Below, in pieces: positions 1-13,300 of a stretch of 64,000 nucleotides of DNA. Both the position numbers and the translations under genes were made by a program. The notes under the pieces are model-generated. The model had not been told where the DNA came from. It did not search any database and saw nothing but the letters and a program-made list of their open reading frames with translations. Numbering within the stretch: the stretch's first letter is position 1; every line of letters begins with the position of its first letter. Origin of the DNA: Pristiophorus japonicus (lineage: Eukaryota); assembly GCF_044704955.1 (NCBI RefSeq), contig NC_091979.1, positions 109,926,001-109,990,000 of the forward strand, given 5' to 3'.

Positions 1-954
1 GCTGGTCCAGGTTTTAACTTGTTGAGCAGTGACAGGCGACCCTTCACTCTCAAAGGCATCCATGACCACAAGTAGCTCTGTGGGCATTGGCGTTTCCACC
101 TCCGGTGTGGGCATTGGCGTTTCCACTTCCGGTATGGGCAACGGTAACTGGCTCAATGCATCGGCGCAGTTGTTGGTGCCTGGTCAATGGCGAATGACAT
201 AATCATAGGCAGATAATGTCAGCACCCACCTCTGGATGCGGGACAAGTTGGTATTGACACCTTTATGTTCCGAGAACAATGATATAAGCGGCTTGTGATC
301 GGTTTCCAGATCGAAGCGAAGCCCAAGCAGGTACTGGTGCATTTGTTTTACCCAATAAACACATGCTAAAGCCTCTTTCTCTACCAAGCCGTAGGCTCTT
401 TCCGCCTTGGACAGGCTTCAAGACGTGTATGCAACTGCTTGTAGTTTGTCTGACTCATTGGCTTGCTGGAGTACGCAGCCGACCCCATAGGACGGCGCAT
501 CACAGGTCAAAACTAGACACTTGCATGGGTCATACAGTACCAGTAGCTTGTGGGAACACAACAGATATCTAGCCTTCTCAAAGGCTCTGCCTTGAAGTTC
601 ACCCCACACCCAGTCGTTTCCTTTCCTGAGCAGCTTGTGCAAAGGCTATAATACTGTGCTCAATTTAGGTAAGAAGTTACCGAAGTAGTTGAGAAGACGC
701 AGGAACGAACACAGCTCTGTCACATTCTGGGGCCTGGGCGCATTTTTGATGGCCTCTGTTTTTGTATCTGTCGGCCTGATTCCATCTGCAGCAATCTTTT
801 GTCCAAGGAATTTGACTTCTGGTGCCATGAAAATGCACTTCGAACGTTTCAGCTTGAGTCCCACTTTGTCCAGATGACGCAGAACCTCTTCCAGATTGTG
901 CAGGTGCTCGGCAGTGTCACGACCTGTGACTAGGATGTCGTCTTGGAATACCAC

Positions 955-1213
955 TGTTATGTCCTTACACACTACAGTAAATCAACACGAGGCACATACT
1001 GGAGACAAGGTCACTCTGTGACCTGTACCTTTATTCACAGGACCAAGAAGTGATGACCCTGCGTGGGACCTCCCTTTATATACCTGGATGACCAGGTGAG
1101 GAGTATCTCCCACAAGTTCACCCCCTGTGGTCAAGGTGTGCATTACTCAGGTGTATACAGTATGCAGTGTTGTTACATAAAGGTTACAGTTATGTGAGGT
1201 TACAAACATGACA
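955..1213 (-). repeat. 3' LTR of element B
   Basis: Direct repeat of 5424-5683, about 9 substitutions plus 1 indel by manual count. TATA-like TATATAAA and AATAAA on the minus strand. Confidence 0.95.
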
Positions 1214-4200
1214 TCACCTCCCCCCAACCTCTTTGGGTCAAAGATCAAGTCTTTCAGGCGGTCGACGTTCTCTCGTGGAGCGCCGCAGTTGGGATTGGTT
1301 GTTGAGCCTTGGCATGCGTCTTTGTCAGCTGTGGTGATTGCAGCTCGTCCGGGCTGACCGCAGGGACTGTGCATGCTGCTGACGGTTCTTGTTGCTCGTT
1401 CACTAGCAGTGGTGTGGGCAACATCTCATGATTTTCCTCAGGTTCCTCAGTGTCCATGCTGAACCTTTTTTTTTACTTGGTCCAGATGCTTGCGGCATAT
1501 CTGCCCATTGTTGAGTCTGACCATTATGACCCTATTCCCCTCTTTACCAATTACAGTACCCTCGAGCCACTTGGGCCCCACAGCGTGATTAAGAACATAT
1601 GTGGGATCATCGATTTCTATCCATCTCTTCTTTGAGTTACGGTCGTGGCACTCATTTTGGGACTGGCGTTTGCCCTCAACAATGTCTGACAAGACTGGAT
1701 GAATGAGGGACAGCCGAGTTTTTAGTGTACATTTCATGGGTGGTTCCGCTGGCGGGACCTCCATGAGCGAGTGCGGTCGGGACCTGTAGGCCAGCAGGAG
1801 GCGCGATAGACGGTATTGAAGGGAGGGTCCTTGAATCCGGAGCATGCCTTGCTTTATGATTTGGACCGCACGTTCCGCCTGGCCATTGGAAGCCGGCTTG
1901 AATGGCGCTGTCCTGTCATGTTTGATACCATTACCCGACATGAACTCCCAGAATTCATAGCTAGTGAAACACGGACCGTTGTCGCTAACTAGGATGTCCG
2001 GCAAGCCGTGGGTCGCAAAGACCGCACGCAGACTCTCCACTGCGGTGAATGTCGTGCACGAATTCAATATGATGCACTCGATCCATTTCGAGTATGCATC
2101 AACAACAATGAGGAACATTTTTCCCATGAATGGGCCTGCGTAGTCTACGTGAATACATGACCATGGCTTGGTGGGCCAGGGCCACGGGCTGAGTGGGACC
2201 TCCCTGGGGGCATTGCCCAGCTGGGCACACGTCGTGCACCTGCGAACACAGTGTTCCAGGTCTGCATCAATTCCCGGCCACCAAACATGTGACCGGGCAA
2301 TGGCCTTCATAAGCACGATGCCTGGGTGCTCGCTGTGGAGTTCCCTGATGAATGCTTCCCTATCGCTCTGGGGCATGACTACCCGGCTGCCCCATAGTAG
2401 GCAGTCGGCTTGGATGGAGAGTTCATCCATCCGTCTGTGAAATGGTCTGACCTCTTCAGGGCATGCTCCGTGTGCGGGCGCCCAATCCCCAGTCAGGACA
2501 CATTTCTTAATCAGAGATAGGAGGGGATCTCTGTTTGTTCAAGTTTTGATCTGGTGGGCTGTGATGGGAGAGTCTGCGCTGTCAAAGGCATCGACAGCCA
2601 TGACCATCTCTGCGCTTTGCTCCGCTGCCCCCTCAGTGGTGGCCAGTGGAAGCCTGCTGAGCGCGGTAGCGCAATTTTCGGTGCCTGGCCGGTGCCGTAT
2701 GGTGTAGTCATACGGAGCCAGCGTGAGAGCCCATCGCCGTATGCGAGCTGACGCATTGGCATTGACAGCTTTGCTGTCGGACAACAGGGATGTTAACGGC
2801 TTGTGGTCCCGTTTCTAACTTGAACCTTCTGCCAAAAAGGTACTGGTGCATCTTTTTCATCCCATAGACACATGGGAGTGCTTCCTTTTTAACCATCCCA
2901 TACCCCCTTTCTGCTTGGGAGAGCGACCTGGAGGAATAAGCCACAGGTTGGAGTTGGCCCTCATCATTACTCTGCTGCAACATGCACCCAACCCCATAGG
3001 ATGATGCATCGCATGTCAAGACCAATTTCTTACAGGGGTCGTACAGGTTCAATAACTTATTAGAACAAAGCAGGTTCCGCGCCCGATTGAAAGCCCGTTC
3101 CTGACAGTCCCCCCAATTGCAACCCTTACGCAGGAGCATGTGTAGCAGCTCCAGCAATGTACTTAAGTTCAGTAGAAAGTTCCTGAAATAGTTCAATAGT
3201 CCCAGAAATGAACGCAACTCTGATGTGTTGCCGGGCCTGGGCGCGTGACGGATTGCCTCCGTTTTGGATTCGGTGGGCCGGATCCCGTCTGCGGCAACCC
3301 TTCTGCCCAAGAACTCGAACTCTGGGGCCAAAAACACACACTTGGACTTCTTTGGTCTACCCGGTCCAATCGGCGTAGCACTTCCTCCAGGTTGTGGAGG
3401 TGTTCCTCTGTGTCTCGACCCGTGATAAGGATGTTGTCCTGAAATACGATTGTTCCGGGGATGGATGTGAGCAGGCTTTCCGTGTTCCTCTGAAAAATAG
3501 CGGCTGCTGAACGAATGCCAAATGGACACCTGTTGTAGACAAACAGCCCCTTGTGCGTGGTGATGGTGGTCAGTAGCTTAGATTCTTCGGCCAGTTCCTG
3601 GGTCATGTAGGCCGAAGTGAGGTCCAACTTGGTGAACAGCTTGCCGCCTGCCAGCGTGGCAAAAGATTCTCCACTCTCGGAAGCGGGTATTGGTCCTGAA
3701 GGGACACTCGGTTGATGGTGGCCTTGTAGTCGCCACAGATCCTGACCGAGTCATCCGTTTTTTAAACAGGGACGATGGGCCTTGCCCAGTCGCTGAATTC
3801 AATGGGCGAAATTATGCCCTCTCTTCGCAACCTGTCCAACTCACTCTCAATTTTCTCCCGCATCACATACGGCACAGCTCTGGCTTTGTGGTGCACTGGT
3901 GTGGCGTCCGGGGTGATGCGTATCCTTACTTTGGTGCCTTTGAAAGTCCCAATGCCAGGTTGAAATAATGACTCGAACTTTTGTCGGACCTGTGAGCATG
4001 AACTTCGCTCCACAGATAAAATGGCGTGCACATCCTCCCATTTCCAGTTCATCTCGGCGAGCCAGATTCTCCCCAAAAGCGCGGGACCATTTCCCGGGAC
4101 AATCCAGAGTGGCAGCCGGATCTGAGATCCATTATGTGTGACCACCAACATTGCACTGCCTAGCACTGGGATGATCTCTTTGGTGTATGTCCGTAGTTGC

Positions 4201-5423
4201 GTGTCAATGCGTTCTAGTTTGGGTCTGCTAGCTCTGAGTCGCCACAGTTTCTCGAATTGTTAGACACTCATAAGTGACTGGCTGGCTCCTGTGTCCAGCT
4301 CCATGCGTACCGGAATGCCGTTTAACAGTACTCTCATCATCATAGGTGGTGTTTTTGTGTATGAGCTGTGGATGTTTGCCATCTGGACCCGCTGAACTTC
4401 AGCATCCATTGCTGTGTCCCAGGCATACCCCTGCCTTGCAGACCCCTCTTGTGGTTCATCCACTTCATAAACCAGCCTCGCTGCGGGTTCCTGCACATCC
4501 TAGCTAAATGTCCGCTCAAGTTACAATTTCTGCAAATGAATTGTTGAAACCAGGTCTTCGCAGCATGTTTGCCCCCGTACCTCTAGCATGAGCTGAGATT
4601 GTTGTGAACAAAAGAGCTGTTACCGGGGATTCCTCTCTGATTGTTTCTTTGATTACTCTGTTTGTGGGTGTCAATGGTCCCATCCCAGGACGTATTGTCA
4701 CTTGTGATGGTGTAAATGTCCGTTCAACCTGCCATTGTCTCTGTTGAGGACCCACCCTATAGTCTGTTACTGCCTGGTTGGTGTTGAATTGCCCTTGCCT
4801 GCCTGCGGGGTTCTGAGTCGCGTTTACCATGTTAACTCCCTGCTCCATCGCCATGTTGGGAGCAGAGTTGCGCGCATATATGATCTTGGTTTTCTCCTCC
4901 CTCGCCATGAAGGTTTGAGCCATCAACGCCACTGCTTCCAAGGACAAGTCCTTGGTCTCAATTAGCTTCCTAAAAATCCTGGCATGATCAATGCCCTCAA
5001 TGAAGAAATCCCATAACATCTCCCCTTTGCAGGCGTCTGTGAACTTAGAGGCTGGCCAAGCGCCGAAGTCCGCAATGAAGTCCGGTATGCTCTGCCCTTC
5101 CCGACGTCGGTGCGTATAGAATCGGTGTCGGGCCATGTGTATACTACTCGCCGGTTTGAGGTGCTCACCAATCAGTTTGCTGAGCTCCTCGAAGGTCTCG
5201 GGTGCGAGCAGGTCTTTCATCAGCACGTACGTCTTAGGTCCACAGCTGGTCAGTAGATGCGCCCTCCGCTTGTCAGCCGCTGCTGCTCCCTGCCAGACCT
5301 TCGTGACAAAGCTCTGCTAGCCTCTCAACGAAATTGTCCCAGTCCTCACCGACACAGTATCGTTCCTCCATGCTACCAGTGGCAATTCTCTTGAGTCATT
5401 GATTCCCGTTTCTCGTCGCCAAA

Positions 5424-5683
5424 TGTTGTGTCCTTACACACTACAGCAAATCAACACGAGGCACATACTGGAGACAAGGTCACTCTGTGACCTGTACCTT
5501 TATTCACAGGACCAACAAGTGATGACCCTGCATGGGACCTCCCTTTATATACCTGGATAACCAGGTGAGGAGTGTCTCCCACAAGTTCACCCTCTGTGGT
5601 CAAGGTGTGCATTACTCAGGTGTATACAGTGTACAGTGTTGTTACATAAAGGTTACAGTTATGTGAAGGTTACAAACATGACA
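5424..5683 (-). repeat. 5' LTR of element B
   Basis: Direct repeat of 955-1213, followed on the minus strand by TT-TGGCGACGAG (PBS). Confidence 0.95.
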
Positions 5684-6250
5684 ACCACGGTCCTGGGGAC
5701 GGATTTCAATAGGCTCTCCATGTTTCTCTAAAATATGGCTGCCACCGAACAAATGCCAAAAGGGCACCTGTTGCAAATAAACAGTCCTTTGTGCGTGTTG
5801 ATGCACATAAGTTTCTTTGATGATTCAACCAGTTCCTGTGTCATGTAGGCCGATGTTAGATCCAATTTGGTGAACGATTTTCCCCTGGCTAGCGTTGCAA
5901 ACAGGTCATCAGCTTTCAGTAGCGGGTACTGATCTTGTTTCTAAACTCGGTTGAGCGTGACCTTGCAGTCTCCACAAATCCTGACCGTGCTGTTGCTCTT
6001 TAACACTGGAAGAATGAGGCTGGCCCATTCATTAAATTTGACCGGTGAGATGACCCCTCACGTTGTAGCCTGTCCAATTAGAGCTCGACCTTTTCTCTCA
6101 TCATGTGTGGGACTGCCCTGGCTTTGTGGTGGATGGGTCCAGGTGAATCTACACCTGGGCTCCCTTGAAACTGCCAATTCCCAGTTTGAACAGTGAGGGA
6201 AATTTGCTCAGCACTTGAGCACACAAATCATCATCCGCTGATGACAATCG

Positions 6251-9200
6251 TAAGGAAAGCGTTTTGATGGCGAGGTATCGGTTCTACACGTGTCAACGTA
6301 GGAGGGCCAGGAAGTGGCGAGCTACGTCGCCGAACTAAGGCGCCTTGCAGGACATTGCGAATTCAATGGATTCCTTGAACAAATGCTAAGAGACTTTTTT
6401 GTGCTTGGCATTGGCCATGAGGTAATACTTCGCAATCTATTGACTGTTGAAACACCGAATCTGAGCAAAGCCATAACGATAGCCCAGGCATTTATGTCCA
6501 CCAGCGATAACACCAAACAAATTTCGCAGCATAAAAAGGTTTCGGCCAGTACTGTGCACAAAGTAACGTCGTTTTCGAGCAGGAATATACATGGCAGAAC
6601 GTACACGCCAGCTGCTACACGACCTCAGATGACCCAGAGTCCGTCATCAATCGTTAATGCGAGGCAGTTAACACCTTGTTGGCATTGTGGAGGTGATCAT
6701 CGAGCCCATCAATGCCGCTTCAAGCACTATGCATGCAACGGCTGCAGAACAATGGGACACCTCCAGCGAATGTGCAGGCGAGCTGCAAACCCTGAAAACC
6801 CTGCAAACCACCACGTTGCAGAGGAAGATCGATCCACGGTGGATCAGGCTGAACTAGAGACTCGAACCGTGAAGGCAGAAGTGTAGGGGGTACACACATT
6901 CACCACGAAATGTCCACCAATAATGTTAAAAGTTGAACTGAATGGAATTCCAGTATCCATGGAACTGGACATGGGTGCGAGTCATTCCATAATGAGCAAA
7001 AACGCCTTCGACAGGCTGTGGTGCAACAAGGCACACAGGCCCAAGTTCAGCCCCATTCACACCAAGTTAAGAACTTACACCAAAGAACTGATCCCTGTAA
7101 TTGGCAGTGCAGAGTCAAAGTATCCTATGATGGAGCAGTGCACGAATTCCCACTATGGATCGTGCCAGGGGATGGCTCCACACAGTTCGGCAGAAGCTGG
7201 CTGGGAAAAATCCGCTGGAACTGGGACGACATCTGAGCGCTTTCGTCCATCGATGACGCCTTATGTGCCCAGGTTCTGAGTAGATTTCCATCGTTGTTCG
7301 AGCCAGGCATTGGAAGTTTCTCGGGGGCGAAAGTGCAGATCCAGTTGGTTCCCGGTACACGACGCATCCACCACAAGGCACGGGCGATACCGTATGTGAT
7401 GCGAGAGAAAGTAGAAATTGAGCTGGACAGGTTGCAGCGAGAAGGCATCATCACGCCAGTGGAATTCAACGAGTGGGCCAGTCCGATTGTCCCGGTACTC
7501 AAAGGTGACGGCACGGTCAGAATTTGTGGGGACTATAAAGTAACGATTAACCGTTTTTCGCTGCAGGACCGGTACCTGCTACCCAAGGCAGATGATCTAT
7601 TTGCGACGTTGGCAGGAGGAAAGGCATTCAACAAGTTGGACCTGACCTTGGCCTATATGACACAGGAGCTGGAGGAGTCTTCGAAAAGCCTCACCTGCAT
7701 CAACACGCACAAAGGTCTGTTCAGCTATAACAGATGCCCGTTCGGGATTCGGTCGGCCACGGCAATTTTCCAAGGGAACATGGAGAGCCTGCTAAAGTCG
7801 GTCCCTCGCACCGTGGATTTCCAGGACGACATACTGGTTACAGGTCGGGACACCATTGAACACTTGAAGAATCTGGAAGAGGTTCTAAGTCGGCTCGATC
7901 GCGTGGGACTCAGGTTGAAAGGCTCGAAGTATGTTTTCCTGGTGCCAGAGGTCGAGTTCTTAGGAAGAAGAATCGCAGCAGACGATATCAGACTCACCGA
8001 CGCCAAGACGGAGGCCTTCAAGAACGCACCGAGATCACAGAACGTGATGGAGCTGTGGTCGTTCCCGGGATTCCTCAACTATTCCAGTAATTTCCAACCA
8101 GGGTTAAGCACCTTGCTAGAACCCCTACATGCGCTACTGCACAAGGGAGATGACTGAGTATGGGGGAATTCACAAGAGGCTGCCTTTGAGAAAGCCAGAA
8201 ATCTGTTATGTTCAAACAAACTGCTTGTTCTGTATAACCCATGTAAACGATAAGTGTTAGCTTACGATGCGTCATCATATGGGGTCGGGTGTGTGTTACA
8301 ACAGGCTAACGAATCGGGGATTTTGCAACCGGTCGCTTATGTATCCAGGAGTCTGTCCAAGGCCGAAGGGCCGATAGCATGATTGAAAAAGAAGCTCTGG
8401 CGTGTTTTTACAGGGTGAAAAAAATGCATCAGTATTTGTTTGGTCTCAAGTTTGAGCTTGAAACTGACCATAAACCGCTCATATCACTGTTCTCTGAGAG
8501 CAAAGGGATTAACACCAATGCCTCTGCCACATCCAAAGATGGGCACTCACGCTGTCGGCATACAACTCTGTAATCTGCCACAGACCGGGCACAGAGAACT
8601 GCGTTGATGTTCTCAGTCGGCTACCATTGCCCACCACCGGGGTGGAAATGGCACAGCCTGCAGACTTGCTCATGGTGATGGATGCATTCGAAAACGAAAA
8701 GTCACCCGTTACGGCCCGCCAGATCAGGACCTGGACCAGCCAGGATCCTTTACTGTCCCTGGGAGAAAACTGTGTCCTCATGGGAGCTGGTCTCGCGTCC
8801 CAGTGGAGACGCAGGAAAAGATTAAGCCGTTCCACAGACGCAAAGCCGAAATGTCCTTATAGGTGGACTGTCTTTTGTGGGGTAATCGCGTGGTCTTGTC
8901 CAAGAAAGGCAGGGAAACGTTCATACGTGATCTACACAGCACCCACCCAGGCATTGTAATGATGAAAGCCATAGCCAAATCCCATGTGTGGTGGCCCAGC
9001 ATCGACTCAGATTTAGAGTTATGCGTGCGCCAGTGCAACACTTGCTCTCAACTGAGCAATGCACCCAGAGAGGCTCTGCTAAGTTTGTGGTCATGGCCCT
9101 CCAAACCGTGGTCGAGGATCCACGTTGACTATGCCGGCTCATTTCTAGGCAAAATGTTCTTGGTTGTTGTGGATGCTTATTCAAAATGGATTGAATGTGT

Positions 9201-9719
9201 AATCATGTCTGTAAGCACGCCCACTACCACCACCGAAAGCCTACAAGCCATGTTTGCCACACACGGCCTGCCTGATGTCCTAGTCAGCGACAACGGGCCG
9301 TGTTTCACCAGTGCTGAATTCAAGGAATTCATGACCCACAATGGGATCAAGCACGTCACATCTGCCCTGTTCAAGCCCGCATCCAATGGCCAGGCAGAAC
9401 GGGCAGTTCAGACCATCAAGCAAAGCTTGAAACGCATGTCGGAAGGCTCCCTGCAGACCTGACTGTCCAGAGTTCTGCTCAGACCCCGCTCACTCACCGG
9501 GGTTCCCCCAGCCGAGTTGCTCATGAAAAGGGCGCTCAAAACAAGGCTCTCTCTGGTCCACCCTGATCTCCATGATCACGTCAAGGGCAGGCGGCATCAA
9601 CAAAGTATGTACCATGATCACACAAATTTTTCACGCTATATTGAGGTCAATGATCTTGTGTTTGTATTCAATTATGGACATGGTCCCAAATGGCTCGCTG
9701 GCACGGTCATAGCCAAAGA
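6251..9719 (+). mobile_element. LTR retrotransposon C internal region (gag-PR-RT-RH-INT), truncated at both ends, no LTRs left
   Basis: Gag with two zinc knuckles (CWHCGGDHRAHQC, CNGCRTMGHLQRMC), protease LDMGAS, RT VDFQDD, integrase HVDYAG..VSDNG..QAER. Several stops and frameshifts. Confidence 0.92.
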
Positions 9720-10339
9720 CCTGGCTGCTGCCATCACCACCGAGTCCACCACAGTCCACCGAGGATCTCACGATATCACAGCAGCAGCCCCCCACCCCCC
9801 CCGCCACCAATTTGTCTTGCAGCAGATTGGTGGGGATGCTGAGGTACTGCCCCGGGGAAGTGGCACTGGGTTAGTGCAGCAGGAACCTGCTGTCCTCTCT
9901 CACGATAACAGCAGTCTTGATCCCATCAGTGCCACTCTGCCATTGCACTTGTCGCTGCCTGTCACCCAGCCAGCCCAGACTGCTGCTGCCCAGCCTGAGA
10001 TGGTGCAATCTACAGCTGGGCCTTCCAGAGCGTCCTGCAAGGACATCTATGGCCCTGACACACAGCAGCCATCCACCAGCCATGCTGCAGTCACAGGGGA
10101 CACATTGTGGAGGAGGAGTGGAATATGTAATGAAAGAGGGGAGAAAAGGAAATGCAAAAGGGTGATTCATACATATACAATTATATATTTTATTCTTATT
10201 TTATAAATTTTGATTGGAATGTTTAATGTTTGCTGTTGTCTCTCATTTCAGTTTTGGGGCTTTGGTATGGAAGGGCAAATTGACGTGGGAATGGGGATGT
10301 CCAGAGGAACCGGGAAGTGGGATGGAAATCAGAGGAAAC

Positions 10340-13300
10340 TAATATGTCCTTACGATACAGTACAAATGCACACGAGGCCCATACTAGAGAGAAGGTCACT
10401 CTGTGACCAGTTACCTTTATTAGCCAGCACTGAAGTGGAGAAGATGGGTGGAGCTTCCCCTTTTATACCTGAAAGTCCAGGTTAGAAGTGTCTCCCACAA
10501 GTTCACCACCTAGTGGTCAGTGTTCTCACGGTGTACAACTTAGGTCAGTTTATACATGGATTACAATGACAGTAGAATACATGACATCACCACCCCCTCA
10601 AAGTCTTATTGGGATCACAGGTTAAGTCTCTCTGGTGGTTTACGCTCCCTTTAGAGTGCCTGAGTTGGGGCTCCGGTTGTTGGGCGCTGGCCTGAGTGTC
10701 TGCTGTTTGCGGTGCCTCAGGCCTGTCCGGACTGCCCATAGTAACTGGACTCTCCTCCACTTGGTTCCGGTGTTCGGTCAATTGTGGTGGAGTGAACTCT
10801 ACATCGTGTTCTTCCTCTGCTTCTTCTATGGGGTTGCTGAACATCCTTTTTGTTTGATCCATGTGTTTGCGGCAGATTTGTACATTGGTAAGTTTAACTA
10901 CCAAAACCCTATTCCCCTCTTTGGCAATCACAGTGCCTGCGAGCCATTTGGGCCCTGCAGCGTAGTTGAGGACAAAGACAGGGTCATTGACATCAATACA
11001 TCGCACCCTCGCATTCCCATCATGGTAGTCACATTGTGACCGGCACCTGCTCTCAACAATTTCTTTCATAGTAGGGTGTAGAAGGGAGAACCTGGTTTTG
11101 AGCGTCCTTTTCATTAGCAGCTCTGCGGGCGGAACCCCTGTGAGCGAGTGTGGTCGGGATCAATTGGCCAACAGGAGGCGTGATAAGTGGCTTTGTAGGG
11201 AACCCCCTTGGATTCTGAGCATCCCGTTTGATTATCTGCACTGCTCGTTCCACCTGGCCCTTTGAGGCCGGCTTGAACGGTGCCGTTCTGACATGGTTGA
11301 TACCATTTCCTGCCATAAAGTCCTGGAATTCAGTGCTTGTAAAGCACGGGCCATTGTCATTGACCAAGACATCCGGGAGGCCATGGGCGGCGAACATTGC
11401 CCACAGACTTTCTACCGTGGCAGAGGATGTGCTTGAATTGAGATGTCACACTTGATCCATTTGGAGTAGGCGTCTACAACAACCAAAAACATTTTTCCCA
11501 TGAAAGGACCTGCTTAGTCCACATGGATGCATGTCCATGGCTTGGCGGGCCAGGACCAGGGGCTAAGGGGGGGCTTCCCTGGGCGCATTGCCCAGCTGGG
11601 CACACATGTTGCACCTGCGAACACAAAGTTCCAGGTCTGCATCTATCCCTGGCCACCAAATGTGTGACCTGGCAATTGCCTTCATCATGACAATGCCCAG
11701 GTGCTCATTGTGGAGTTCTCGGATGAACGCCTCTCTGCCCATCTGGGGCATGACTACTCGGTTTCCCCATAGTAGGAAATCAGCCTGAATCGAGAATTCA
11801 TCCTTGCACCTGTGAAATGGTTTAAATTCCTCAGGGCATACGTGGCTGCCCAGTCCCCATTCAGGACACATTTCTTGACTAAAGGCAGTAGCGGGTCTCT
11901 ATTTGTCCAGACTTTGATCTGACAGGCTGTCACGGGTGAGCCTTCACTTTCGAAAGCTTCAACAGCCATGACCATCTCAGCTGCATGCTCGGTTTCCCCC
12001 TCGGTGGTGGCTAGTGGGAGACTGCTGAGTGCATCGGCACAGTTTTCAGTGTCCGGTCTGTGCCGAATTGTATAGTCACAGGCGGCTAACGTGAGTGTCC
12101 ACCTCTGTATGCGGGCCGACGCATTTGCATTTATGGCCTTGTTGTCGGCCAAAAGGGACGTTCGTGGTTTGTGATCCGTCTCCAGCTCAAATTTCCTGCC
12201 AAACAGGTACTGGCACATTTTTTTTTACTGCATATACACATGCAAATGCTTCCTTTTATACCATCACGTAGCCCCTTTCTGCCTGGGACAGAGTTCTGGA
12301 GGCATAATCTACCGGCTGTAACTGACCCTTGGCATGAACATGCTGCAACACACACCCGACCCCATAGGACGACGCATCGCACGTTAAAACAAGTTTTTTA
12401 CATGGGTCATAGAGCGTTAACAGATTGCTGGAGCATAACAAATTGCGTGCTCTATTAAAAGCCTTTTCCTGGCTGTCCCCCCAGACCCATTCGTGACCTT
12501 TGCGTAGGAGCATGTGTAGCAGCTCTAACAGCGTGCTCAATTTGGGAAGAAAGTTACCAAAATAGTTCAGGAGGCCCAGGAACGAACGCAGCTCCGTCGT
12601 GTTACGGGGTCTGGGTGCTCTCTGGATCGCTTGTGTTTTGGACGCAGTAGGTCTCATCCCCAGGAATTCTACCTCTGGAGCTAGGAAAACGCACTTCGCC
12701 TTTTTCAGTCACAGACCTACCCACTCCAGTCTGCGTAGCACCTCCTCCAGGTTGTGGAGGTGTTCTTCAGTATCGCAACCCGTGATGAGGATGTTGTCTT
12801 GAAAAACCACCGTCCTTGGAATCGACTTGAGGAGACTTTCCATGTTTCGTTAAAAGATCGCGGTGGCCGAGCGAATCCCGAACTGACACCTGTTGTACTC
12901 AAACAACCCCTTGTGTGTCGTGATGGTGGTCAACTTCTTCGACTCACTCGCCAGCTCCTGGGTCATGTAAGCTGAGGTCAGGTCCAATTTTGAAAACAGT
13001 TTGCCACTGGATAGCGTCGCAAAGAGATCCTCCGCTCTCGGTAGCGGGTACTGGTCTTGGAGTGACACCCGATTGATGGTGGCCTTGTAATCAGCACATA
13101 TCCTGACCGACCCATCCGCCTTGAGCACCGACACAATCGGGCTCGCCCAGTCACTGAATTCAACTGGCGAGATGATGCCTTCCCTCAGCAGGCGGTCCAA
13201 TTCGCCTTCTATCTTTTCCCGCATCACGTACGAGACCGCTCTGGCCTTGTGGTGTACTGGCCTGGCTTCCGGGTTTATGTGAATCACTACCTTGGTCCCC

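Larger units (their letters stand above)
955..5683 (-). mobile_element. Complete, decayed LTR retrotransposon B (Gypsy/Mag-like gag-PR-RT-RH-INT)
   Basis: LTRs at 955-1213 and 5424-5683 with TG..CA ends. TSD ACCAC at 950-954 and 5684-5688. PBS TGGCGACGAG lies just inside the 5' LTR and PPT GGGGGGAGGTGA precedes the 3' LTR. Protease LDTGA, integrase HHCC and D,D(35)E motifs (ORF 1447-2430). Confidence 0.97.
1..6250 (-). mobile_element. LTR retrotransposon A (Gypsy/Mag-like), pol fragment (RT-RNaseH), interrupted by element B at 955-5683; 5' part lost at ~6250, 3' part runs off the window
   Basis: Minus-strand ORFs give VVFQDDILVTG, CDAPSYGVG, EKEALAC and ETDHKPL. RT sequence resumes at 5684-6250 beyond element B. 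It has frameshifts and stops, plus a 27-bp in-frame tandem duplication at 81-134. Confidence 0.9.
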
